NCBI GenBank assembly: GCA_964621755.1
Contig: CAZUPI010000003.1
Coordinates: forward strand, 10,006 to 74,005
DNA: 64,000 bases
Reading direction: 5' to 3'
From: an uncultured Ruminococcus sp.
GTDB taxonomy: Bacteria > Bacillota > Clostridia > Oscillospirales > CAG-272
Part shown: positions 38,252-49,921 of the stretch, piece after piece
How the letters are laid out: each line of letters begins with the position of its first letter
Position numbering within the stretch: the stretch's first letter is position 1
Notes under the pieces: model-generated
Told to the model about the DNA's origin: nothing
What the model saw: the letters and a program-made list of their open reading frames with translations, nothing else
Databases searched by the model: none
Position numbers and translations under genes: made by a program

Positions 38252-39124
38252 ATGAAAAAAATACGGTATATACTGATGGTTTTGCTGATGATATCCGCCT
38301 GCATGTTCGCAGCGATTTTGCCGGTATCCGCGGGGAGCGCTGAAAAAGCGGTTGGCGAGGTACTGTACCATCAGGATTTTGCGGTGCTTTCGGACTTTTC
38401 CAAAAGCGGCATTGTGTCTGGAACGCTGAGTTCGCCGAACGCATCCTTCTTATGTATAGGGGACTCCCTTGAGATAAACATATACGACAACAACAGGGTA
38501 TATGCGATTCTGCCGCAAACGGAAGCGGAAAACTCATACACGGTGGAGTTTGATTTTTCTTTTACGGCGGTCAATACGGAGAACGGCTATCTGGCATTTC
38601 TGCTGACGTGCCGGGGACCGGAGCCGACGAACCTCACCTACCTGACTATCCGCGCGAACGGTACGATTGACAATTTTGAGAAGCCGGATGAGGCGCTGTC
38701 AAAAAGCATCGTGGACGGCGAGGAGATTCACGTAAAAATTCCAATCGAAAACGGCGCGCTGCACCGTATTGAGCTGATGTCCGAGAGGGGCGCTTGTACG
38801 CTCGACCGCGACAACGTGCTCGTAATTAACGAAGGGGAAATGGGTTTTGCGGTACGCAACGCAAGTGTCCAAATCTCCGAAATCTACATAGTAAACGGTA
38901 CAGATTACGCAGAAAAAACCGGATACTACGCGACCCAGTCCTATGCCGCCGATGAATCCCCCCTTGTCATTCCCACGGAAAGTTCCCCCGTTTTGGAACA
39001 TTCCCCTGCCACTTCCGACCCCGTTCTCACTGTTTTACTGGCAGGAGTTTGCATCTGTATTTGCGGGGCTCTCTTTGGAGCAGCCTTATTAAAAATATAT
39101 GCGCGAAATCACACGTTATTTTGA
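38252..39124 (+). CDS. Secreted beta-rich surface protein with a sortase-like SPATSD C-terminal anchor
   Basis: Signal peptide MKKIRY...VSA; Pro/Ser/Thr linker; SPATSD + TM helix + basic residues. Confidence 0.7.
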   Translation: MKKIRYILMVLLMISACMFAAILPVSAGSAEKAVGEVLYHQDFAVLSDFSKSGIVSGTLSSPNASFLCIGDSLEINIYDNNRVYAILPQTEAENSYTVEFDFSFTAVNTENGYLAFLLTCRGPEPTNLTYLTIRANGTIDNFEKPDEALSKSIVDGEEIHVKIPIENGALHRIELMSERGACTLDRDNVLVINEGEMGFAVRNASVQISEIYIVNGTDYAEKTGYYATQSYAADESPLVIPTESSPVLEHSPATSDPVLTVLLAGVCICICGALFGAALLKIYARNHTLF

Positions 39125-39187
39125 CGTCGTGGCGAGCGAGGACTTGGCGTCCCTGCAAGCTTATCCATGATTTTTCGATAAATCGTT

Positions 39188-39230
39188 CCCCTCGTTGAAG
39201 CTGAATGCTAAACGAGGGGGCGCTTTTTTT
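39188..39230 (+). terminator. Rho-independent terminator
   Basis: CCCCTCGTT...AACGAGGGG followed by T7. Confidence 0.7.
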
Positions 39231-39271
39231 CTGAATTCATAGATATTTAACAAATAATCTTAATATTGTTA

Positions 39272-39338
39272 TTGAAATGAGACGCGGAAAATGGTAAATT
39301 TATTGCATGGATTAGCACTCGATGATTTTAAGTGCTAA
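39272..39338 (+). promoter_or_regulatory. Heat-shock operon promoter (TTGAAA-17-TAAATT) and CIRCE operator
   Basis: TTAGCACTC-N9-AAGTGCTAA at 39312-39338, one mismatch to the CIRCE consensus. Confidence 0.93.
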
Positions 39339-39398
39339 TCTTTGAAGAGAGTAATCCACCTCGCGGTTATTTCCGTTTTTTCGGGGAGGTGTTTGAGG

Positions 39399-40490
39399 GT
39401 GGAGGAAAAGAAAAATAATCTTAGTGAACGAAAAAAAATCATACTAAAAGCAATCATTGATGCACATATTGAAAATGGGGAGCCGGTCGGGAGCAAGTTT
39501 TTGACTGGGCATGAGCAGTTATCCTGCTCCTCTGCTACCATCCGCAACGAGATGGCGGAGTTGGAGGAGATGGGGTATCTCGAACAGCCGCACACTTCGG
39601 CGGGACGGATTCCGTCGGAAAGCGGATATCGGTTCTATGTCGACTGGCTGATTGACCGGTACAATTTCACGCAGGGCGAAATCAGCGAGCTTCAGCGTAT
39701 TCTGCGGCAGAAACAGTCTGAACTTGATTCCATCATGCAGACTGCCGTAGCTCTTGCGGCAAAGCTTACGAATTACACCGCTCTCGCGATAAAACCGCGT
39801 CAGACGCGCATCACGGTCGGACGGTACGAGCTTATCGAGCTTGATGAAACGACGCTGGTGCTCATTATGCTCATCGGCAGTATTGTGAAGACGAAGTATG
39901 TACATGCGAATCGCCCGATTCCAAGCGAGGCGGTGTCGAGACTGTCTGCGGTCCTGAACAAATACGTCACCGGTATTACCGCCGCAGAGATTACGCTGCC
40001 GATGCTGATGGAGATGGAGCGCATGATGGGCGAGTACGAATACCTTGTCGCTCCTGTCATCAAGGCGGTGTGTGAGACAATATCCGTGTTCGACAGCGGC
40101 GAACTTCGGTTTGAAGGAATCAACCGGCTGTTGTCCTATCCGGAGGTCTACGATATGGACAGACTCCGCGATATGCTTGCGCTGTTTGAGAAAAAGGACG
40201 ACCTTCTTGCAGTGCTGTCTGAGGAGACGACGCACACGGATAACGACCGCGTGCAGGTTTACATCGGCCGTGAAAATGTGGTGAAGGTTATGGACAATTC
40301 GACGCTTATCTTCAAAACGGTGCGCGACCACGGCAAAACGGTCGGGGCAATCGGCATCATCGGACCAACGCGGATGAATTACCGACGAGTTATCGCGACG
40401 ATTGACCACCTTACACGCGGTATGACCGACCTGCTTGATGGATCCAATCCATCTGACAACGCGGAAAACGCGGATAAGAATGAAAAATAA
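39399..40490 (+). CDS. hrcA: Heat-inducible transcription repressor HrcA
   Basis: EPVGSK, SSATIRNEM, QPHTSAGRIPS, IGPTRMNY; GTG start after GGAGGT. Confidence 0.96.
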   Translation: MEEKKNNLSERKKIILKAIIDAHIENGEPVGSKFLTGHEQLSCSSATIRNEMAELEEMGYLEQPHTSAGRIPSESGYRFYVDWLIDRYNFTQGEISELQRILRQKQSELDSIMQTAVALAAKLTNYTALAIKPRQTRITVGRYELIELDETTLVLIMLIGSIVKTKYVHANRPIPSEAVSRLSAVLNKYVTGITAAEITLPMLMEMERMMGEYEYLVAPVIKAVCETISVFDSGELRFEGINRLLSYPEVYDMDRLRDMLALFEKKDDLLAVLSEETTHTDNDRVQVYIGRENVVKVMDNSTLIFKTVRDHGKTVGAIGIIGPTRMNYRRVIATIDHLTRGMTDLLDGSNPSDNAENADKNEK

Positions 40491-40507
40491 TAGAGTTGGA
40501 GATAAAA

Positions 40508-41143
40508 ATGGCAGAGATGAAAAAAACACAGCCTGATGAGAACGTCCCCGACGCCGAACAAAAGGTGCCTGACGCGACAGAAGCTGCGCCGGAGTGTAAT
40601 GCTCAAGCTGCTGAGGCTGCGAAGGATGAAAAAGAAAAAAATAGTAAACCGGATAAAAAATCCGATGTGAAAACACTGAAGGCGAAATTGGCAGAGGCGG
40701 AAAAAAAGCTTGAAGCGGAGAAAAAACGTGCGGATGAGCTGAATGATAAGTACCTTCGCACCGCTGCCGAGTACGACAACTTCCGCAAGCGTTCCGTGAA
40801 GGAGCGCGAAACGGCATACGGGGACGCGGTCTCCGATACGCTCGCCGGACTGCTGCCGGTCATCGACAATTTGCAGTATGCGGCGAAGTATACGGAAGGG
40901 GACGCGGATAAGTTTATCGAGGGGGTGAACCTTATTCTTGGTAAGCTGCCCGATACCCTCGATCGGCTTGGAATCAAGGCGTTCGGAGAAGCTGGTGAAA
41001 AGTTCGACCCGGCGCTGCACAACGCGGTGATGCACGTCGAGAATGAATCCCTCGAGGAAGGCGTTATCGTGGACGTGCTTCAGTGCGGTTATATGTATGG
41101 CGAAAAGGTTATCCGGTACGCGATGGTCAAGGTCGCGAACTGA
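40508..41143 (+). CDS. grpE: Nucleotide exchange factor GrpE
   Basis: AEYDNFRKR, FDPALHNAV, GYMYGEKVIRYAMVKV. Confidence 0.96.
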   Translation: MAEMKKTQPDENVPDAEQKVPDATEAAPECNAQAAEAAKDEKEKNSKPDKKSDVKTLKAKLAEAEKKLEAEKKRADELNDKYLRTAAEYDNFRKRSVKERETAYGDAVSDTLAGLLPVIDNLQYAAKYTEGDADKFIEGVNLILGKLPDTLDRLGIKAFGEAGEKFDPALHNAVMHVENESLEEGVIVDVLQCGYMYGEKVIRYAMVKVAN

Positions 41144-41159
41144 GGCGAAAGCATCATAA

Positions 41160-43067
<1,908 letters not shown>

Positions 43068-43139
43068 GAGGTGTCCGGTCATTCTTTCAAAAAAACTTAT
43101 ACTGAGCAGTATGGAATTTAAATTAAAGGACATTTTGTT

Positions 43140-43202
43140 CGAAAGTTTTTGAGAAGGAGTGCGGGGAGGGACTTTTTCAAAAAGGTTTTTCCAGCCTCTC
43201 CT
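43140..43202. repeat. Intergenic hairpin repeat, degenerate
   Basis: AAAGTTTTTGAGAAGGAG..GGGGAGGGACTTTTTCAAAAAGGTTTTTCC. Confidence 0.6.
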
Positions 43203-43310
43203 ACAGTATAATAACACAACCGCGGGCGGGGAAATCTCCGCCCATTTGGCGGTGAAAAAAGTAAATTAACCTCTGACTCAAAAATCATCCACTTATTTTC
43301 GGAGGAACAC

Positions 43311-44453
43311 ATGGCTGACGCGAATAAAAGAGACTATTACGAGGTGCTCGGGGTATCGAAGAATGCCGACGAAGCAACGATAAAAAAAGCATACAGGCAG
43401 CTTGCGAAGAAGTATCACCCGGACATGAATCCGGGCGACACGGAGGCGGAAGCAAAATTTAAAGAAGTAAACGAGGCTTACGATGTGCTGTCCGACCCGG
43501 ACAAGAAGGCAAAATATGACCAGTATGGTCATGCAGCGTTCGACCCGTCATCGGGCATGGGCGGCGCAGGCTTTGGCGGTTTTGGGGACTTTGACGGATT
43601 CGACATTAACGACATTTTCTCGAGCTTTTTCGGCGGCTCGACTGGTTCCACCCGCCGTAACGGCCCGATTCGCGGCGACAACATCACCGTGCGTCTGACG
43701 CTGACATTTGAGGAAGCAGTGTTCGGCTGTAAGAAGGAGATAACATACCAAAAGGTGCAGAAGTGCGCAGAGTGCAACGGCACAGGCGCGGCGAAGGGAA
43801 CGTCTCCAAAGACTTGTCCGAACTGCGGCGGAAACGGGCAGGTGAAGGTGCAGCAGCGGTCCCCATTCGGCATTATTCAGACGATGAAGACCTGCGAGAC
43901 CTGCCGCGGTACAGGTAAAATCATCGAAAATAAGTGTGATAAGTGCCGTGGTACGGGATTTGTGCGCGCCTCGAAGAAGCTGGAGGTAAATATTCCGGCA
44001 GGCATTGACGACGGGCAGCAGATTGCGCTGAAGTATCAGGGCAGCGACGGTATGAACGGCGGCTCAGCCGGGGACTTAAACATTATCATCAGTGTGCGGC
44101 CGCATTCCGTATTCGAGCGTGATGGAGACGACATCTACTGCGAGGTGCCGATAACGTATGCAGAAGCGACACTCGGTGCGGAAATCAATATCCCGACGCT
44201 GGAAGGCAGCCAGAAGTACGAGATTCCCGAAGGCACGCAGACCGGAACAGTCTTCACCTTGAAGAACAAAGGCGTGACCCGCGTCAACTCAAAGGTGCGC
44301 GGCAACCTCTACATCACAGTAGTAGTAGAAGTTCCAAAGAATCTGAACGCCGAACAAAAAGCACTCCTCGAAAAATTTGCCTCCTCCTGCGGCGAATCCA
44401 ACTACAACAAGCGGACAAAATTTTTTAAGAGATTTTTTAACAAGGATAATTGA
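43311..44453 (+). CDS. dnaJ: Chaperone DnaJ
   Basis: J domain with HPD, G/F region, four CxxCxGxG repeats. Confidence 0.99.
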   Translation: MADANKRDYYEVLGVSKNADEATIKKAYRQLAKKYHPDMNPGDTEAEAKFKEVNEAYDVLSDPDKKAKYDQYGHAAFDPSSGMGGAGFGGFGDFDGFDINDIFSSFFGGSTGSTRRNGPIRGDNITVRLTLTFEEAVFGCKKEITYQKVQKCAECNGTGAAKGTSPKTCPNCGGNGQVKVQQRSPFGIIQTMKTCETCRGTGKIIENKCDKCRGTGFVRASKKLEVNIPAGIDDGQQIALKYQGSDGMNGGSAGDLNIIISVRPHSVFERDGDDIYCEVPITYAEATLGAEINIPTLEGSQKYEIPEGTQTGTVFTLKNKGVTRVNSKVRGNLYITVVVEVPKNLNAEQKALLEKFASSCGESNYNKRTKFFKRFFNKDN

Positions 44454-44454
44454 T

Positions 44455-44611
44455 GGGGCGCTGCCCCGCTTAGGGACCTTTTGAGAAGGGGCCCCAAGAA
44501 CCTCTAAACCTTTTTATGAAAAAGGTTTCTTGATGTCCCAACCTCGTATAAAAGTTTTTAGGGGGTTTTAGGGGGATTTTTTCAAAAATCCTCCTAACGT
44601 CTCCCCTCCCC
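44455..44611. repeat. Two-armed (REPIN-like) intergenic repeat
   Basis: GGGGCGCTGCCCC + GGGACCTTTTGAGAAGGGGCCCC + AAACCTTTT arm, then inverted AAAAGTTTTT..GGGGGATTTTTTCAAAAATCCTCC arm. Confidence 0.7.
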
Positions 44612-44627
44612 AAAATAAGGAGTAAAA

Positions 44628-45584
44628 ATGGACGATAATAAAAGCTGGATTCAGATTAAAGTGAAGTGCGCGGCGGCTGACGTTGAGGTGGCGTCGAGCG
44701 TGATGAGCATGGTTGACAATGGGCTGATGATTGAGGATTATTCGGATGTTGGTCAGGTACTTGATGGGGTATATGGCGACCTTATTGATGAGTCGATTTT
44801 GAATGCTGACCGCAGTGTGGCGGCGGTATCGGTGTTTATTCCGACTATCAAGTCTCCGGCGGAGAGTGAGCTTTATATCAAGAATCGGCTGGAGCTGCTT
44901 GGCGTGAAGTTTGAGATTACGCATGAGGGCGTGCGCGAAGAGGATTGGGCCGATTCGTGGAAGCAGTACTACAAGCCGATAAAGACCGGTCAGCGGCTGG
45001 TTATCGTTCCGGTGTGGGAGGAGTATACGCCAGCGGACGGCGAGATTATCGTGTTGATGGACCCCGGAATGGCATTTGGCACCGGTACCCATGAGACGAC
45101 CCGTCTTTGCGCCGGATTTGTCGAGAAATACACAACTGAATTTAAGGAAAAAGGAGCTTGCAGGGTGCTTGACGTTGGCTGCGGTTCGGGAATTCTGGCG
45201 ATTGCGGCGTCAAAGGTCGGCGCGGATTCCTGTTTTGCGTGCGATATCGACCCTGTGGCGGTCCGCGTGGCGAAGGAGAATACCGAGCTGAACCACACGC
45301 CGAACGTGAAGTGTGCGGCGTCTGACCTGCTCAAGCAGGTCGAACGTGTGGACGGTGGGTATCATGTGATTGTCGCAAACATTGTTGCAGATATTATTAT
45401 CCGTCTTGCTCCGGCTGTCGGTGAGTATCTTGCAAAGGACGGTGTGTTCATCGTTTCCGGTATTATCGAAGAACGCGCGGCTGAGGTCACGGACGCGCTG
45501 AATGCCGCCGGTTATACCGTGATTGAAGACAGGCGGGAGAACGGCTGGTACGCCGCGACGGTCAAGAGAAAAGAGGAAGCGTGA
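44628..45584 (+). CDS. prmA: Ribosomal protein L11 methyltransferase
   Basis: EEDWADSWKQYYKP, DPGMAFGTGTHETT, VLDVGCGSGIL, VANIVA. Confidence 0.97.
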   Translation: MDDNKSWIQIKVKCAAADVEVASSVMSMVDNGLMIEDYSDVGQVLDGVYGDLIDESILNADRSVAAVSVFIPTIKSPAESELYIKNRLELLGVKFEITHEGVREEDWADSWKQYYKPIKTGQRLVIVPVWEEYTPADGEIIVLMDPGMAFGTGTHETTRLCAGFVEKYTTEFKEKGACRVLDVGCGSGILAIAASKVGADSCFACDIDPVAVRVAKENTELNHTPNVKCAASDLLKQVERVDGGYHVIVANIVADIIIRLAPAVGEYLAKDGVFIVSGIIEERAAEVTDALNAAGYTVIEDRRENGWYAATVKRKEEA

Positions 45585-45646
45585 GGTCCACGGGGTTCCG
45601 GGAATATTGTCAAACTTTGTGGGTACTTACGGAGTTTCCGAAAGCG

Positions 45647-45679
45647 AAACGGTAGGATAAGCAAATCCTACCGTTTTTT
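45647..45679. terminator. Terminator between convergent prmA and peptidase genes
   Basis: AAACGGTAGGAT-N6-ATCCTACCGTTT followed by Ts. Confidence 0.85.
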
Positions 45680-45746
45680 CAATATACTTTATTTCTTAGA
45701 CTGTTTGGGGATGTTTGCTGCCTGTTTAACACAGCTTCTGAACTTT

Positions 45747-46979
45747 TTATCTTTTCATCAAATCTTCGATTTCGTCGATGCTTCTCGGAACGCCGATGCC
45801 GAGGTTTTCGCAGCCGTCAGCGGTGACAAGGCAGTTGTCCTCAAGACGGAAGCCGATGCCCCAGTCTTCATTGTATATGCCGATGTCTACGCAGAACACC
45901 ATACCGGGGGCGACCGTTTCAGGGCGAACTACGATGTCGTGCGTGTCAAAACCGACGTGATGTGCTCCGCCATGCCACATAAGTTTTCCGATTTCTGAGA
46001 AATCCTTCATCAAACCAATGTCGCGCAGTCTCTCGAAGCAGAAGCGCTTGACTTCTCGATCTACTTCCTCCATGGGATATCCCGGGCGAATCGTGTCAAA
46101 CAGGTGTCCGCTCGTTGCGTATGCACATTCGTATAGGAGACGCTGACGTTCACTGAATTTTCCGTTCACCGGAAAGCCGCGTGAGATATCGCAGACTACG
46201 TTGTCGTAGCATGCGCCTACGTCGCAGAGAACCATGTCGCCATCGTGCGCAGTGCCCATATAGCTGTAATAATGAATGCAGAAATTGTTTACCCCCGCTG
46301 AGATAATCGACGGAAAGCCCGGCTCAAGGCATCCGTTCGCTACAAGCGCCGCGTCGTAGAGCTGCTTTATTTCGTACTCCCGCATGCCGTCCCGTACGCC
46401 GCGCATCATGGCGCGGATTCCATCTCCTGTGATTCGCACAGCCTCCCGCATCGCGTCGATTTCGCAGTCCGCTTTGATGGTGCGCAGTCCGGCGATAACA
46501 CTTCGTATGTTTGAGACGTTTATGCCGCGCGCCGCCAGTTTAGCGGCAAACCGATGCGCTTCTGTAAAGTCGCGTTCGGTTCTGCTGTTGTCGATATCGA
46601 GATAAACAGCCGAACAATCCCGTACCCACTCGCCGAACTTTCCATCGAAATCCGCGCTGTACGCGATATTCGTAATTCCAGAAATTCCCGCTGCCTCGTC
46701 CGCTTTTGTGCGGCGGCCTGTCCAACGCTCTTTCAGCATATCGGCCGGGAGCAGGAACAGGACTTCATCATATGTCCCGCCGGCCTTTTTGGCCATATAA
46801 ATAAGACCGGCATCATGCGTAATTCCGGTCATATAAACAAAATTCCGGTCAGCAAAGAACGGATAGTCCTCATCTGCCCGTTTACGCGGTGCAAATCCCG
46901 AAAAAAGCACAACGACTGCTCCTTCCGGCAGCGCGTCCATCATTCTGCAGCGGTTATTTTTAAAGAATTCAACATTCAT
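45747..46979 (-). CDS. Xaa-Pro aminopeptidase (M24B)
   Basis: AMP_N domain (YPFFADRNFVYMTG, ERWTG); CDVGA..CDISR, HHVGFDTHD, GFRLED. Confidence 0.88.
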   Translation of the reverse strand: MNVEFFKNNRCRMMDALPEGAVVVLFSGFAPRKRADEDYPFFADRNFVYMTGITHDAGLIYMAKKAGGTYDEVLFLLPADMLKERWTGRRTKADEAAGISGITNIAYSADFDGKFGEWVRDCSAVYLDIDNSRTERDFTEAHRFAAKLAARGINVSNIRSVIAGLRTIKADCEIDAMREAVRITGDGIRAMMRGVRDGMREYEIKQLYDAALVANGCLEPGFPSIISAGVNNFCIHYYSYMGTAHDGDMVLCDVGACYDNVVCDISRGFPVNGKFSERQRLLYECAYATSGHLFDTIRPGYPMEEVDREVKRFCFERLRDIGLMKDFSEIGKLMWHGGAHHVGFDTHDIVVRPETVAPGMVFCVDIGIYNEDWGIGFRLEDNCLVTADGCENLGIGVPRSIDEIEDLMKR

Positions 46980-47139
46980 TTTTCATCCTCCGAAGAATAT
47001 TTGAATTTTTCACAACCAATGTTAATTATATTATAATGCGGTGCAATGGGTAAGTCAAGTGGGGAGAGCAAAAATTTTTCTCTTGATGAAAAAATGGGAA
47101 AGGTATATACTTTATAAAATTTATAGTGAGGATTTACCA

Positions 47140-47807
47140 TTGGAAGGTATCATTTTTGACATAAAAGGCTTTGCGCTGAACGACGGACCGGGAATTCGAA
47201 CGACTGTCTTTATGAAGGGATGCCCCCTGCGCTGTATTTGGCGCCATAATCCGGAGGGGTTGTCCGCAAAGCCGGAGCTGTACATAAAACATACAAAATG
47301 TATGCACTGTGGTCGGTGCGAGGCGCCGTGCGGGCATGAGGACTGTCGACCGTACGGCAGGTGTCTGCACGTGTGTCCGAATGACTGCGTTGCCGTTTGC
47401 GGGTATCCCATCACTGCCGATGCGCTCGCGGAAAAGCTGATTCGCGACCGCGATGTGTATGAAATGTCGGGCGGCGGCGTGACGTTTTCAGGCGGCGAGC
47501 CGCTTATGCAGCATGAATTTGTTACCGAGGTGCTGCATATCCTGGCGGACGCGAAAATTCCTACCGCTATTGAAACCTCCTCCTTTGCACCGTACGACAC
47601 GTATCAGCAAACCATATCCGCTGCGGATTTTGTGATGGCGGATATCAAACTGTTCAGCCGCGCGGCACATATCCGCTATACCGGCGTGCCAAATGACGGA
47701 ATAAAAGAAAATCTGCGGTCGGACGCACATACACACTCACAGAGGGGTCATACACCGTCGAACGCGACCGCATCACCTCCTGCTTCAAAAAGGTTGTTAT
47801 CAAATAA
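47140..47807 (+). pseudogene. Glycyl-radical enzyme activase (PflA/PflC-like), inactivated
   Basis: DGPGIRTTVFMKGCPLRCIWRHNPE (third Cys mutated to Arg); GGVTFSGGEP; after ENLR the C-terminus (VGRTYTL...VVIK*) is in another frame. Confidence 0.85.
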
Positions 47808-47900
47808 AAACTGCTTAAATAAAAAAATAAAAAATTTTTCCTCCCATGCAATAAAGTGACTTTTTCACGCATTAATATTATGAAAGGTGGTGGAGCTGCT

Positions 47901-48479
47901 ATGATTCTTTACCTGCCGGCGGTAAATGAGGTCAGAGATATTCCTGATGCATATGCGCTTGACGAGTACATCAAAAAGATTGCTTGCAACGATTCTGAGG
48001 CGCTTGCGGCACTGTATCAAAAGACGAGTGTATCGGTTTATTCGTATGCGTTATCTATACTGAAAAATGTGCACGATGCGGAGGATGTGCTGCACGACTG
48101 TTATCTGGCGATACACAGCGCAGCGGTGAACTACAAGTCGGATGGCAAGCCGATGGCGTGGATAATCACCATCGCGAAAAACTTGTGTCTGATGAAGCTG
48201 CGCGAGCGCAAAAAATCCGCAGAGACCGAAAATGACTCGTTTTTCATCGACGCGCACTATAACGAGAGCGTAATGTCATCCGAAGACAGCTTGATTTTAT
48301 CCGAGTGTATGAATGAGCTGTCCGCGGAGGAACGACAAATCGTCACGCTGCACGCGGTGTCCGGATTCAAGCATCGCGAAATCGCACAGATTATGGATAT
48401 GGCTCTTCCCACCGTACTTTCTAAATACAATCGCGCACTCAAAAAGCTGAAAAAATCACTTTCGAAAGGAGAACGGTAA
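47901..48479 (+). CDS. ECF (sigma-70 family) sigma factor
   Basis: DAEDVLHD and AWIITIAKN (region 2); FKHREIAQIM..TVLS (region 4). Confidence 0.9.
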   Translation: MILYLPAVNEVRDIPDAYALDEYIKKIACNDSEALAALYQKTSVSVYSYALSILKNVHDAEDVLHDCYLAIHSAAVNYKSDGKPMAWIITIAKNLCLMKLRERKKSAETENDSFFIDAHYNESVMSSEDSLILSECMNELSAEERQIVTLHAVSGFKHREIAQIMDMALPTVLSKYNRALKKLKKSLSKGER

Positions 48480-48481
48480 TT

Positions 48482-49738
48482 GTGAGAAACGAAGAAATCG
48501 AAACAAAAATTAAGACTGCGTTTGAACACATCACGCCAGACGTTCTCAATTCCGTTATCTCTGATATTGAATCTGAGAATTCGCAGAAAGAGAAAATCAT
48601 TGTCATGGGAGGACAGAAAAGAATGAATTCTATTGCAAGACGTATAGCAGGTATCGCAGCGGCAGCGGTTATTTTAATCGGCGGCGCTTCCGGGTTTATG
48701 ATTTACGAAAACAATTACAAGGTGGCGTCTACTGTGTCGCTGGACGTGAACCCGAGTGTGGAAATCCAGGTGAACCGCAAAGAGGATGTTCTGGCGGTCG
48801 ATGCGCTGAACGACGACGGCGCGGTGATTACCGGAGACATGGACTTCAAGGGAAGCAGCCTTGAAGTGACGGTGAACGCGCTCATCGGCTCCATGCTGAA
48901 GAACGGCTACCTCTCCGAAATTGCAAATTCCATTCTCATCAGCGTAGACGACAGCGACCCCAAGCACGGTGCGGCGCTCCAGCAAAAGCTGGCCGATGAG
49001 GTCAACGCCTTACTTCAGACCAACACCTTCAGCGGCGCGGTTCTCAGTCAGACCATCTCCGCAAATCAGGATTTGCAGACTCTCGCCGACACATACGGCA
49101 TTACGACAGGTAAGGCACAGCTGGTTGAAGAGATTGCGACCACAAACCCGCTCTACAGCTTTGAAGAACTTGCGAACCTCTCGATAAACGAGCTGAACCT
49201 GCTCACCAAGTCCTCTCTTGACAATGTCAATTCTGTCGGAGAAGCGAGCGATAGGGCGTATATCGGCGCGGACCGCGCAACGGCCATCGCGCTTGAGCAC
49301 GCAGGCGTTGCCGAATCCGATACTTTTGGACTGACAGCCGAGCTTGATTACGAAAAAGGAATTATGGTGTACGAGGTTGAGTTCGACGTTTCCGGTTACG
49401 AATACGAGTACGACATTGACGCTACAACCGGAGCCATTGTAAAGTACGATAAGGAAATCGATAACCATGCCGATTCTACTAAAAAAATCGACGGCGATTC
49501 CATCTACGGCACCGATTCTACTGCTGAGTTCATCAATGCTGACGAAGCAAAAGCGATCGCCCTGAAGCACGCAGGTGTTTCGGCTAACGATATTCGCGAC
49601 TACGATATCGAATTTGATGTCGAACGCGGAACCGTTGTATACGAAATTGACTTCAAGAGCGGCAACTACGAATACGAATACGAGATCAACGCTGTAAGCG
49701 GCAGTATCTTGAAAAACGAAAAGGAGTACGACGACTGA
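48482..49738 (+). CDS. Anti-sigma factor: TM helix, RsgI-like juxtamembrane domain (DVNPS) and two PepSY domains
   Basis: VSLDVNPSVEI...ALNDDG; two repeats A.AIAL.HAGV...VYE.EF....YEY.I.A..G.I. Confidence 0.8.
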   Translation: MRNEEIETKIKTAFEHITPDVLNSVISDIESENSQKEKIIVMGGQKRMNSIARRIAGIAAAAVILIGGASGFMIYENNYKVASTVSLDVNPSVEIQVNRKEDVLAVDALNDDGAVITGDMDFKGSSLEVTVNALIGSMLKNGYLSEIANSILISVDDSDPKHGAALQQKLADEVNALLQTNTFSGAVLSQTISANQDLQTLADTYGITTGKAQLVEEIATTNPLYSFEELANLSINELNLLTKSSLDNVNSVGEASDRAYIGADRATAIALEHAGVAESDTFGLTAELDYEKGIMVYEVEFDVSGYEYEYDIDATTGAIVKYDKEIDNHADSTKKIDGDSIYGTDSTAEFINADEAKAIALKHAGVSANDIRDYDIEFDVERGTVVYEIDFKSGNYEYEYEINAVSGSILKNEKEYDD

Positions 49739-49763
49739 TCGTTTCTTTGAGAACGCTTGAGAG

Positions 49764-49799
49764 ACATTGGGGATGCTTTTTCAAAAGTATCCCCAATGT
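49764..49799. repeat. Hairpin repeat / terminator after the anti-sigma gene
   Basis: ACATTGGGGATGCTTTT-TC-AAAAGTATCCCCAATGT. Confidence 0.7.
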
Positions 49800-49809
49800 T
49801 GTGTCTTTG

Positions 49810-49911
49810 TTACTACATATTGTGTCAATAAAATTTTATACCCACAACATATTGACATATACGGCGCAATATGATATAATAGTGCTACTCGAATCCCCCA
49901 ATATATAGAAA
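49810..49911 (+). promoter_or_regulatory. nrdD promoter (TTGACA-17-TATAAT) with three NrdR boxes
   Basis: Boxes TTACTACATATTGTGT (49810), CCACAACATATTGACA (49842, 32-bp spacing) and CCCCAATATATAGAAA (49896); -35 49852-49857, -10 49875-49880. Confidence 0.85.
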
Positions 49912-49921
49912 CGGAGTATAT

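Noticed and set aside
47140-47807. nrdG for the nearby nrdD
   Set aside because: Has GRE-activase motifs (DGPGIRTTVF, ferredoxin insert), is broken, and is separated from nrdD by an unrelated operon
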